A DNA stretch of 64,000 nt, the filler included, from Basidiobolus ranarum (Eukaryota): NCBI GenBank assembly GCA_040143965.1. It is 16 parts of 16 records of this genome, joined end to end, with 100 filler letters (N's around TTAATTAATTAA, not from the genome) between each part and the next. Parts side by side here need not be neighbours in the genome. Positions count along the whole stretch, not along the records: positions 36,202 to 40,112 come from JASJQH010009094.1; positions 40,213 to 44,123 come from JASJQH010009095.1; positions 44,224 to 48,133 come from JASJQH010009096.1; positions 48,234 to 52,142 come from JASJQH010009097.1; 12 more parts are not named here. One strand, 5' to 3'. Positions 37,122-49,240 of this stretch are shown in pieces (the stretch's first letter is position 1; every line of letters begins with the position of its first letter). The position numbers and the translations under genes were made by a program. The notes beneath the pieces are model-generated. The model was given only the letters and a program-made list of their open reading frames with translations, made no database searches and was not told the origin of the DNA.

Positions 37122-39850
37122 TGTTAAAATTATATACATAGCAACTCATTGTTTAGTAGTTAGTTTATTCATATTCTGATTATTTAGCATTCAACTCTGC
37201 TGTTCAAAAATGTATGTTTATTGCTCTAATTGATAGAAATATTGTTTAAGTAACCTTTATCACTATTTTCTCAAAACTTCTACAAATCACCTCAAATTTT
37301 CACCCATGTTCAACAGGCATGTTTGTTATGATCTCACCATGTCCAATAGTTCTTATTTATAGCAAACTATAAATAGGACATATTGAATTCAATAAAATTA
37401 AGTGTCTAACTCACAAATCTGATTCTTGTCCAAAACACTTCCAAGTCCCATACACACTTTTAGCAGGTTATGAGCCCCAAGCTAGTGGTTATGGAAATAT
37501 CAACCCGCACTATTTCCAATGATTTTGCATCCACAGAGAAATTTGATGGTGAAGACTTTCTCCTTTGGAAATTTACGACACAATTGGTACTAGAAGACAA
37601 GGAACTTAGGGGATTTATTACAGAAAAAGAAATAGAGCCAAAGGGACCACCTGTAGCAATACTTGCTTTTCACAAGATGCAGAAAAAAGCATTCTCTATA
37701 CTTTGTGCATATCTCATAGACTACCAATTGAGGCACATACAATCAGCCAAAAATGTCAAAATTGCTTGGGAAACACTTGAAAGACTATTTGTGACTAAAG
37801 GTTTGGCTAATAGGCTATATCTTGGGCAAAAATTAGTCTCAATTCAGATGAATACTGATGATTCTATGCTTACACATATAAATTGGATAAAAACTATGGC
37901 AGATCAGCTCTCATCCATTTAGAGCACCTCTAAATGAAGATGATTTTGTCATGATACTATTTGGGAGCCTGCCAGATGAGTTTAGGAATGTCATAATGGC
38001 CCTATAATCAAGATCAGAGTCATTAACAATGGAATATGTTGGTGCCAAGCTTTTTATTGAGGAGTTAAGAACATCTAATCCTCAACAAAATATTGCAGAA
38101 GAAGAATTTTTTGGAGCTGTAAAAAAACCCACAGGATTCAAAAATGGTGCCTCCAATAGGAAATCAATTATCTGCCAGTATTGCAAGAAATCAAGCCATT
38201 TAATTAAAGATTGCAGAAAAAGGATTGTTGCTGCAAAGCTGAAATCAGAACAAGCAAATCAAGCAAGCACTTATAGAGATCAACAAATTGTGTCTGCCCT
38301 ATCAATAACCACTAAAAATGGCTCAGAAATGTGGCACATTTATTTGGAAGCTTCCCAGCATATGTCAAACAAAAAAGATAGGTTTTCTAGCTTATGACCC
38401 ATCCAAACAAAGAATGGCTACTTAGCTCATGACTATGCACTAGATGCCATTGGCAAGCGCACAGTTGTGCTCAATTTAGACCAAATTTCAGCTACACCAT
38501 TGGGAAATTGTATTTTATGCTCTACACACCAAATTTAACCAAAAATCTACTCTCAGTAAGCCAAGCAACAGCTCAAGGACTACATTTTGTGTTCAGCAAG
38601 GCTGGATGCACCAACACAGATCACAATAATACCAAATTAGTTACTGGGATCAAAACTCAAAACTTATACAAGCTAGAATTCAGCAAAATTCCATTTGGAG
38701 CTTGCAAACTAGGCAAAACTGGTGAAATTAGTTGTGAAACATGGCATAGAAGATAAAACCACATCAGGGAACAAAAACTAACCTATATGATCTGAAATCA
38801 GCCTTTTTCAGGCTAAGAAACTGATACTAGCACCAAATTGGATCAGTGTGAAGATAGCATATATAGAAATCATCACAGAGAACCATTTTTGAGCTATGCA
38901 GAGATCAAATCCACTCGTAGTTTACCCAGATTAATTCTGACCAGTGTAGGCCCATGAAAATTGGCTCACTTGGTGAGAAAAGGTAAGCTATGACCTTTAT
39001 CAATGACAAAACAAGATATACTTGGGTAAACTTTTTCAAATCAAAATATGAAGTCTTAGCTCATTCAAGTGCTACAAAGTAGTGGCTGAGAAAGAATCAA
39101 CACAGAAAATTAGGGTACAAAGGAGTTATAATGGTGGAAAATATTGCTCCAAAGACTTTGCTAGTTTTTGTTCTACACATGGAATTAACAACGAACTATT
39201 GTATCTTATACTGAGCAGCAAGATGCAGTTGCTGAATGTGCTAATAGGACCATAGTAAAGATGGCAAGTTCAATGATACATGATCAAAAGTTAGATTACA
39301 AATATTTTGCTGAATCTGTCCCCACTGCAATCTATATGAAAAACAAATACCCAATGAGATTGCTACAAAATTCAGCTCCATTTGAAGCCCTGTATGGATT
39401 AAAATCAAGTGTGAATCTTCTCAGGATCTTTGGTTGCAAGGTATATTATCAAATTCCATCTCAAAAAACATGGTAACTGGGAACCCAAAAGCAGAAATGC
39501 ATATTTCTTGGTAATAACAATGGATCTAAGCCTTACAAGTTGTTTGATACCTAAAGTCAGAAGTTAATCAAGAGTAGAGATATGATATTTGATGAAAAGT
39601 CTCATTTTTCACCTTGAAACACAGTTCTTGATCCTGAAAACACAATCAGCACTATTCAGGAAGTGTCTGACATAATTACAGCTGTATCTATATCCTATTT
39701 AACCAAAATTCCAGTCCCTATAATAGCAGAGGATGATTTAAGGCCCAAAAGATCTTCCAGGAAAAGAAATCAGCCAGGACACTAGTGGAATACATCCAAT
39801 GATTATGTATATGCTTATCTAGCATTATGTGATGTGCTACAGACTATAGA
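37122..39850 (+). mobile_element. Ty1/copia family B: 5' LTR (37122-37465), PBS GGTTATGAGCCC, decayed gag-protease-integrase, truncated
   Basis: LTR TG...CA; gag EKFDGEDFLLWKF, zinc knuckle CQYCKKSSHLIKDC, protease-like W....ASQHM, PNLTKNLLSVSQ, WHRR, integrase-region LRIFGCKVY. Confidence 0.92.
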
Positions 39851-40112
39851 TCATAGCTGAGTAAGTAATATTGGAATGTTGTTGAATAGCAAGTGTATAG
39901 TGCCTGATGGGAAGCTCTGCCTCCAGCAGATCCCCTTTGACAATATAATCTTAGCCTTATGGCTAATGCAAAACTTGATGTTCAACTGACTATTTGGTGA
40001 ATTGATATCAGTGATCATATTGAAATCTGACCAGGCTCTTGATGGTAAACCCAAGAAGTTTAGTGTTGTATTTGGATGGTAGTAATGCATATGCCTGTTA
40101 GAGTAAACTCCA
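39851..40112 (-). mobile_element. CACTA-superfamily transposase fragment
   Basis: Matches 35215-35475 (QSFPSGTIHLLFNNIPILLTQL). Confidence 0.85.
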
Positions 40113-40212
40113 NNNNNNNNNNNNNNNNNNNNNNNNNNNNNNNNNNNNNNNNNNNNTTAATTAATTAANNNNNNNNNNNNNNNNNNNNNNNNNNNNNNNN
40201 NNNNNNNNNNNN

Positions 40213-40312
40213 CCCTTTGCCACCCCATATCCCAAACCCTCACCCTCACCCTACCCCAACCCCATCCCCTAACCCTAAAACAAACCCTAAACCTAACCCT
40301 AACCCTAACCCT
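40213..40312 (+). repeat. Degenerate (CCCTAA)n telomere-like tract
   Basis: CCCTCA/CCCTAC/CCCCAA variants grading into perfect CCCTAA units, then GGGTT. Confidence 0.75.
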
Positions 40313-41450
40313 AAGGGTTGCATCTGCCAAACCCCCCTTTTTATATCCTTACCCTGACCAGAATATTCATACCCAGGGTGCTCTTTGCTAGTGTTGTAGA
40401 GCCAGCACAACAATACATAAACATTATGTAGGTAATAAGAAAGGTTCTGGGAAAAGTGTTCTCTAGCAATATGCTGACTTACTAGAATTAACATATTCCT
40501 GACCCCCCTTGACCAATCAAATTCTCTGATTCTTCCCTCTTATTGAAAGAGTAACATAGGCTAAAAGGTAATACAAGTAGTAGGAAAAGGGCACTCTTAC
40601 CAGAACCAGTGTAACCCTAACCCATTTTGGCCAATCAAATTGATAGCTTTTGCAATCCCATCTTGACACATCATATTGTTAAGATATTAGGTTCTTGACA
40701 AAAGAGCAATATGGCATAAGTGGTAGTTTTCACTTCAGAGAAACTATATACTATTAGTTTATTGTTTACTTCAGACAAACTCAAGAGTTAGATATTTTAA
40801 GTAGCAGATTAAGTAGCTCCTAATGGCTTCTTTGCATGAGTTGATTTTTCATATAAATAAAGACTACACCCTCATGGTGTATGTTTGACCCCCGTAACAT
40901 TACTTCTATTGAAGATGTTATGCTTGCATCTTTATACTACCATTTACCAATACCATTAGAACTGTTTGCAACTGGAAAATGTAGAAGATACCACCACTAT
41001 TATACAGTCAAGGCAAGTATTTTAGAGAATGAAAATAATAATTTTAGGGAAACTTCATTGTGAAATGCTTATATGCTGTTGCTAATATATGGTGCTTTCG
41101 ATTTTATTTCAGAAAGATACTTCGGTGAAATTCTTTAGTGTATCATAGTTCTCTTCCATAGCTAACTAGTCTAGAATTGTATTTTCCCCCTCTATTCCTC
41201 TATTTCTCTTATTTTAGTGATGAGGCCAGATCCAAGCTGGAGTGATTGCTAACTTGCCACTTCATATTCTCCAGTTTCTATCTTGTTCAAATTATGCTTC
41301 TTCATGGTAGATGCTTTTAGGTTGTTGGCATATGAGGTAGGTTGTGTACTGTAACGAACGAAGCTATTTTCAGCAAGAATTTTAACCCTTAAGTTTATTA
41401 ATACTATAATTCAGAAGCAAGGGATATGTAGTTCACGTATAAGTATGTTG

Positions 41451-44123
41451 CTAGCAGTTCTTTGCTTTGCGGTCGGGTAGTTGCTTGGGTGGTAGATCGA
41501 TATATTTGCTGTCTCGTTTTCGCTTATTTGGATTAGTTCGGACATATACAGGCTTACCAGTAGGATTGTTTTGGAGCGAGTATGTGACTCGTGGACGATT
41601 GATTAATCCAGTAGTAGTTATTCCCAGAGCTGTATAAACTTTGGTCGCGGTTCGTAGCCGCTGCAAATTCTAATCAACCATTTGGTTAAAATGGGGAATT
41701 GTATGTGAATATGCTGACAGAAAATATAGCTTAAGAATACTTACACTTGATGCTGAATTGAATTTCTTTCTTTCTTCTTCAATAATATTGACTTGGCCTA
41801 ATTTAAGGGAAAGATATTGTGATTGTTAGCTCAGCGATTTGGTTGTTATTTTGCAGGTTGAAGAAAAGCTAGTCGAACCCTAAATATACTTACGCAAATT
41901 ATATTGAGATTCCAACTTCTTGAAGTTCGTACTGCTATAAATATCATTCAGAATTTTTTGTATATTGGAAGCAGTTTTTTGCCGACTTGCGGATATACTG
42001 TCCATGTAACTCTCTACAAATAAAGAAATAATTAGTTGAAGTGGACGACAACGAGGAGGAACCAAGGTGAACAATAATAACAGGAAATTTTAATCAAAAC
42101 GTACCAGTCAAACTGAACACCTCCGGGTTCAGTCGATTCGCAGACACTTTTGGACTTGAATCTTTATAATCTCCTTTTATCAGTGAGCCTTTGAATGAAT
42201 TAACTGAAGCATCGGATCCAAACATATTGTCACCATGATTTAGTGTTTTCGTAATTTTATCGTTCCATTCTTTGCTCCAAAATGCATCGCAAAATTTCTG
42301 AGAATGGTATTGAGTTAGAGGTACTGTTTGTCGGTTAAAAATCAAAAGTGCTTACGTTCAACTCTTTTTTGCTAAGCTGAGTTCCAAGTATATTTCTTAA
42401 AGTGCTCAATAGTTCTTGCGCTTCATATGCATGATCACATTGAGGTCCATAGAAGTACTTATACCTTTGATCCGTATTAGTAAAATCTGTCATTTCAGCG
42501 AAGCTCAACTGTGAAGCAGCAGTATCTTGTAGGCCATCGATTAGAGCTGGAGGAAAGCTAATTTTACTAATCGAATTTTTACAGTGATCTTCATAATTAT
42601 GCCCTTTCATGTCATCAGCCTTTCCCATTGTCCATGGACACTGGCTATATGGAAGTCCTCTCGCTGTTAAAGAGACCGAAGTGTAGCCAAGTGAACTTGG
42701 ATTCGGTGAATTAGAAGCGTTGGAGAGCATTCCTGGAAGTGCCATTGTCACCAAGCCTGTACTTACAATTTTAGGAATGACCCAGCTATCTAATCCAATA
42801 GAAACGCCTTCTTCCACTGCTTCTGAAGCTAAGCATTTCATAATGGTAGTATCGAGCTTACTGGCAACTGCATTCTTGGCTTTGGTAACCCCGTTCCGAA
42901 CCCATGGAGGCATTAAAGTTTTAAGTCCACTTGCAATTGCTTTGATATCATCGATAGAGGCAATTCCTTTAGCAAAGGCCTTCTCAAATGCGGAAGATTC
43001 AGCCAAGTATGCACCACCGCGAGCGACTCTAGCTGCCTTCAGGGCTCCACTGATACCACGTGCCGCCAGTGTAATTCCTCTGGCTACGCCACCAAGGATG
43101 GGGCCAATAGCGAAACTTAGTAGAGTGATACCAATGTCAATAAGTAGACTGGTCATTGCCTCTCTAGCAGCTTTTTCCTGTGCTTCCTTGTCCAAAGCTT
43201 CGGCCAGTGCATAAATGTAATTATTCGCCATTTCTAGTGTATGATTTCCACTGACTACGGAAGAAATGGCTACGTTAGCCATTCTTGCTACATCCTCCAA
43301 TGGAACATCATCAGAGAAAGCGTAGAACTCCATTTCTTTAATTTGAAGAATAGCAGATGCTACATATTCTTGAATAGGTTGTGAGGGGTGCACAAATATT
43401 TTATCGGTCGCCTTTAGAACACCGTGCCTAGCAATATTGAAGTTTAGATCTTAACACAAAAAAGACGGAGAATATCAATGGAAAAAAGATTTACCAGTCA
43501 GTTTCAATACAACTTGGATCAGGTTTAAAGGGGTCATCTTCGGATCTTTTGGCAATTCGCGGGGCAGAAGTGGAGAGAGAAGTCACCCCATTCGCGAGTG
43601 TTAGATTAGACTCACTACGGGAAGCGAATGGAATGGGATTGTAGCATCCACCTGAGAACAAAATCAACCATGAAGTGTAGTCATGGATAGAATAAGAATA
43701 AGGAATCATATCTTGGAGTTACTCAGTATTAAACCCTCCTACCACTCATTGGATAGCTTGCAGTCGCTCGATCCAAGTCAGCAAGATTGACACCCAGCAT
43801 CTCTAACAAAAACGATTCGAACCCTTGGGTATCCACCAAGTTCCAGTAAATATCATATTCACCTTGAGGACTTTTGAATGATGTTGGACAGTTATCGGGA
43901 GATTCTTCTGGCTTTAGAGTGGATCTGGAGAACAATTAGTCAGTAAAGAAATGGAGGAAATCTACCAGAATTATTAGCAAAACTCATTCCATTACATACT
44001 TGCATGACCAATATTTTCTTCCCTCTCCTATCATGTGTGCGTGAAACTTCAATTAATGAAGAAATAATTAGCTTTCATTGAAACGTTTGATCGGAACCTA
44101 AATAGATTATAGTGAAGGCTGCA
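41451..44123 (-). CDS. 5'-truncated multi-exon protein resembling the C-terminal region of killer-toxin-like (subgroup C GH18) chitinases, ending in a putative HNH-like toxin domain
   Basis: GT-AG exons splice into EGRKYWSCK|STLKP..NCP..YDIYWNLVDTQGFESFLLEMLGV..|GCYNP..AKRSEDD..C..W|..HPSQPIQ..hydrophobic hairpin..CDHAYEAQ..|KFC..LNHGDNMFGSDASVNSFKG..|..|RQVNII..|..PNKRKRDSK..RKAKNC*. Phases checked by hand for the first and the last four junctions. Confidence 0.75.
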
Positions 44124-44223
44124 NNNNNNNNNNNNNNNNNNNNNNNNNNNNNNNNNNNNNNNNNNNNTTAATTAATTAANNNNNNNNNNNNNNNNNNNNN
44201 NNNNNNNNNNNNNNNNNNNNNNN

Positions 44224-46671
44224 CCAGGTGGGGTTCCTGCTTGTGATATTGTTGATGCGCCAGCGCCTCCACCAGCAGAGGTAGGCGGTTGTGAGCTATT
44301 ACCCGAGAGAAGATCATTACTGGCCTTTGGAGTCGTGAATGTTGATGAGTCAGGTTGGTAATGATGGTATTTGATTCCCTGTGTCAACTGATTGGCTCCA
44401 AGAAGTTGTTGATTGTTGAAATCCACCATGTTTTGGGTGTTTACTCCAGAAATATTTTGGGAATAAATTTGAAGGGAACGAGACATTTCATGACTTTTGA
44501 CATGCTTTCGCAAAGATCTAGAATGATAATAGGCTTTTCCGCAACCAGGAACAGGACACAAATATGGTCTGACATTGGAGTGGGTTTTGACATGTGTAGC
44601 TAAAGAATCAGGTCTTGAGAACCTCTTACCACAATCTATATAGATTTGACAAACATATGTTAGAATTCATTTGTGTAATGAAATGAGCTGAGATCAATTG
44701 AAAGTACCGGCTACAGGGCATTGGAACGGTCTTTCACCAGTATGGGTTCTTAGATGATTATACATCTTATGGCGTTTGGTAAATGGCTTCTGATTACGTG
44801 GGCAGCCTTGCCACTCACATTTGTAAGATGCCTACAAATTACAAACAAGGCGATTAGACCGTGAAAATAGGAACGTAATGGACCGATAATGTAACTTTAC
44901 CTTGCCACTCCCAATATGCTCCTGGCCAATATGGGAAATTAGAACATCTAGTGCTGGGAAAGATTTAGAGCAATCGTTCCAAAGACAATCAAATATTTGC
45001 GGTTTTTCGAATTTCTCGTCGTCTTTGTCACCCTTGATATCATCTTCATCGTCAAGCTCCTCGTCCTCTTCATCTTCCTCGGCGAGTTTTTCTTCATATG
45101 CGTGCGTGATTGAAATGTCGGCCCCCGTAGGACTCAAAGAGTCGGCTATGACAGCTAAAAAAATAGATTTGATGAGTAAACATCAGGTAATGGTTACAAC
45201 AATAACAGAACCTACGTTCATCGCCTTGTTCAGATGAAGTTTCACCACAAGGGCTAGTCGTGAAGTCAGCCATCAAATTGGGAGACTTGGTAGGAGAGTG
45301 TTTGGTCTTTGCCAATTCGTTCTCAACATTTCGAAGTCTTTTAATCAACTCCTCGCGAGTCAAATTATCAAGAGATTTCAACTTTTGCTTATCCGGTAGG
45401 TCATCTACAGAGCCGGACTTGTAAGGGAAGGTGTGTCCTCTATACTTGAAATCTTGAACAGGGTTGATTATGCTGTTACTATTAGGTCTCAATACACCGT
45501 ATCCATCCGCAGTGTACTCGAGTATCTTTAGAGGCTTCTGTTCTGGATCACCTTGAGAGTGTAAAGTCAATGCTTCTATCTGCTCAGGAGTAAGTCCATG
45601 CAGATCATTAGGCGATACCTGATTCATAGGGGACATTTGCATATATCCACGTTGCCTCAACATTTGTCCTTCAGTAGTTTGTCTGAGCAGCTGCTTCTCC
45701 GGGCTCCGGGGATATCCTGAATATTTTAATTCGGGAGCTGAGTATTGCCTACGATGACCCATTTTTTTGCGCATTGCGTGCAACATTTGGCTATTTTCAA
45801 CCATTTGCTTTTGAAAAGAAGGGGGAATTCGCTCAGATGGCATTGGTTGCATAAAGTGTGGGTTGGGAGTTGGCTTTAGATTGCTCATGCAATATTGCGA
45901 CCCAGAAGGTCTGGATTGATTCGGAGGAGTAAACATTGACACTGATTTACTATATCCATGACGAAGATGAGCTGGTCTATTGGAACGAACAGAGTGTTTT
46001 CGAGGTACCTGAGATAGGCACATGTCGAAATTCATCATATTGTTGTTAGCAAAGACATTGGGCATGTGCGCATTAGAAGGCATAGAAGGAACACTCCGAG
46101 GAGGATCGAGAGGCAAGTTATCCGGTCCTAGCATATTTTGAGAGTTTGAAATAGCATTTTGTGTATTTGTACTTGTAAGCATATTCTCAAAAAATTGCTG
46201 TTCATTTGAGATAGGATTCATCATGTTATTGGTCATAATCAAGTTGGAACCCTCAGTATGAAAGCCGCCATGGGACGAGAGGTGCATCATAGAGGATACT
46301 ACATGCTCTTGAGGAGATAGACCACCACTTGGTGTTGACTCGCCCGAATTAATTAAATTCTCTAGATTGTTGTCGTGAATAATAACTTTAGACTGAGTCA
46401 TCAACTCGTGTGAAGGTAGAGTGGGTGTATCAATTAACATCAAGCCTTGTGGGAGCACATTCGAACCAGACAGAAGCTCGGTATACTGTTGCTGGGAAGC
46501 TAACTGCTGGTTGAGAAAGGCTTGGTTGATTGCATCCTGGGACATATTCGGGAACATGTTGCCTGTGGTTGAGTTGCTCTGCATCTCTCTAGTAGAATAG
46601 TCGATAGAAAGGCCAGTAGGAGTGGAATTATTTGAGATTATGGAAGAGGAGTGGTCTTGAGTAAGTTGCAT
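44224..46671 (-). CDS. C2H2 zinc-finger transcription factor with GLI/Zic-like tandem CWCH2 fingers; 3' end truncated
   Basis: Long Q/N/S/M/P-rich N-terminus, coiled coil, acidic tract; fingers CLWNDC..HIGQEH, CEWQGC..FTKRHKMYNHLRTHTGERPF, CPVA.CGKRFSRPDSLATHVKTH, CPVPGCGKAYYHSRSLRKHVKSH. Confidence 0.9.
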
Positions 46672-48233
46672 AGGTAGTTTGGATATGCAATAAAAAAGAC
46701 TGGAAAAATGAATGTCTATGAAATATAAAAGAGAATAAACGAGACTTTTGATAGTAGTTGAGGTTTTTCGGTCAGTCTGTGGTTCAATTCATCAGAGAAC
46801 TTTCTGGAAAATGGGATATGAATAGCAAGTTTTGAAGCACTTGTTATCGGTATAGACGTTAAGAAGTGTAAAGTAAGCAAGCTCAACGGTAAAACCGAGT
46901 AGAGTTGCGAGCGGAAGAAGAAAGGAAAGTAGGAGAAGAGAGCCTAGTACAAAAATATCAGAGAACGATAATAGGAACAGAAAATGCAGATAGATAAAAG
47001 TGGAAGAGAAAAGTAAATTTGGCTCAGGCAAGACTGAAGTTTATATAATTGACTAGTGTAGCGTCGATAGATCAAGTAATTAGTACAAGCCATTATTTCC
47101 CTAAAAAAGACTCAATCATCTCGGGTGAGTTCCTATTCAGGATAAAGTACCAAAAAGCTGATAAAGTGTATTGAATGCATCAAATGCAGAACTACCCCTA
47201 GTGATTTACCAAGTTTGGGAGGAGAAGCAGACAATCGATGGATCAAATGAATATTTCAAATCGACCCGAATCTCCCAACAGTCGACCACGTTGATAAACT
47301 AACCAAATCAATTTCGAATTTAGCTACAGGGAAACCTCGAATGCCTTATTGCCTCCTTTTTCTGCTGAGCGCATCAGTTGCGTCTTAGCTAGGTACAAAT
47401 GGGCCTCTCGTTGCAAGAAGAGCATCAGGTGCTGAGTTTTTAGGGCTGTCTGGGAATGGTTTGCAGGGACCAGTCTCTTTGGTCTTTGTTGCTTGCGCAG
47501 TCTGGCGCCCATCATTGCTCATCGATTCTGCCAAACCACTTGGATTTCTCGAGATCTCGCCATCATACATCCACGAGCCACACATTACGGACCGATTCCA
47601 AAAATAGCGCTTGTTTGTGTAGCAAGAGGATTCCCATACGGGTAATTATCCTGTTTTGGAATCCACAACTCATCAGGAGAAATATAGTGGTATGCAGAGT
47701 ACCTTAATTGCAGATTAGACAAAGCACGGAATTTAGCTTTCACTGCTCATGTACCAAATATAATCTGATGACGCTGATTTGTTTTGGCCAACAATGATAC
47801 TGCGATTTGCTGGCATGCCAATAAATGCCTCCCGTTTATTAAGATCAAACAAGGAAGCAGCATAATTTATTCAAAACCGATGTGGTGGCACCAATCCCAT
47901 GCAAATAATGTTCGACCTCTACAAATTAGTGTTTACAGGCCTGGTACTCTAGCTATCCGATACATTCGTTGGTTTAAGTACTAATTCACCTGTGGATAAG
48001 GTAGATGGACGTGAATGCATTGAACGAAAGCTCATGCGAGCCTCAAGGTGCGAACGATATATTGACTTTACCCTGGCTATCGTTCCAACCTTGAACTCTG
48101 CTACGGTGATAGTGGAGCCAGGGTATAGAGGCTNNNNNNNNNNNNNNNNNNNNNNNNNNNNNNNNNNNNNNNNNNNNTTAATTAATTAANNNNNNNNNNN
48201 NNNNNNNNNNNNNNNNNNNNNNNNNNNNNNNNN

Positions 48234-49240
48234 CTCATCTTGTATTCAAAGTTTTGTGCTGCTACTAATGGATTCCAGAGATTGGAACATCCAGAGCCTA
48301 ACTCAACACAAATCTCACCACAAGCACCTCCTACATTGGGGTTTCTGTCAAACGCCTTCCATAAGTGATAAATTGAGGTACCACTAGGACGAGTACCCAC
48401 ATCTAACAGAATGCATACGTTAGGATTAAGAAGTGGGGCGAATGCGTTGAAGAACCAGCGATGGGAGTTTAATTTCTTCGCGTTTCTCTCCTTCAAACAA
48501 AAGACCATTTGTATAGGCACGAAATCCTGCTCAGTAATGGAATGCACCTTCATGTCACTATCAAGGTAAAGCTGAGCAGTATATTCGTAGATATGAGCGG
48601 TAACATTCTTTCCATTGACTGAACTTTGAGCCACTCCTTCCTGGTAAGCACCCATAGCACCCAAAACTTTGAGAACTCGGGGATGAACTTTTGTACGTCC
48701 ATCAGCAACAACGCAAACGACACATTTTTTCCATCCTTCGTTCCCCCAAACTTTAGATTTCGAACGGTTGCAAAGATGACGAATGTTTTTAATTACACCG
48801 GTAAGCGTTTTGACGAATAGATGCTCATCTTCGTTGTACATCGTCATGACAATAAAGAGCTCAGTGGTACGACCATAAATAGCCGGGCGTAGTGTATATC
48901 TATTGAGAAGGAAGTCATTTGGATCACAAGTAGCCGCTGTATATCGCATAGTTTCGAACTCTTCCCCTCTATTGGGGGCACCTTCTAGGATTTTATCTGG
49001 GATTGGGCACTCGATGACCAAGTTACCAGAGGTGAGTTCTATATGGCGAAGACTTTTACGACGATCCTCTATATACTGTCTATATCTCCGAGAACCTGGT
49101 GGAGGAGCTATGTTTGCATCGTAGAGTTCTTCCAAATGCTTACTACTAGGAGGATCTTGAAAAGGGTCCTCAGGATGATGGCCATCATTGTCGTAAGCCA
49201 GTGGATGATCCGAATAAGGTTCCTGACGGTAATTACTCAT
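48234..49240 (-). CDS. Chitin synthase (division 1, class I/II-like), 5' part, truncated
   Basis: [72 protein letters not shown]. Confidence 0.96.

Noticed and set aside
40246-40494. ORF with GLGLGL repeats
   Set aside because: It is the translation of the TTAGGG-like tract.
42720-43214. 164-aa plus-strand hydrophobic ORF as an immunity gene
   Set aside because: It is the antisense shadow of the toxin-like exon, with a non-ATG start and no independent support.
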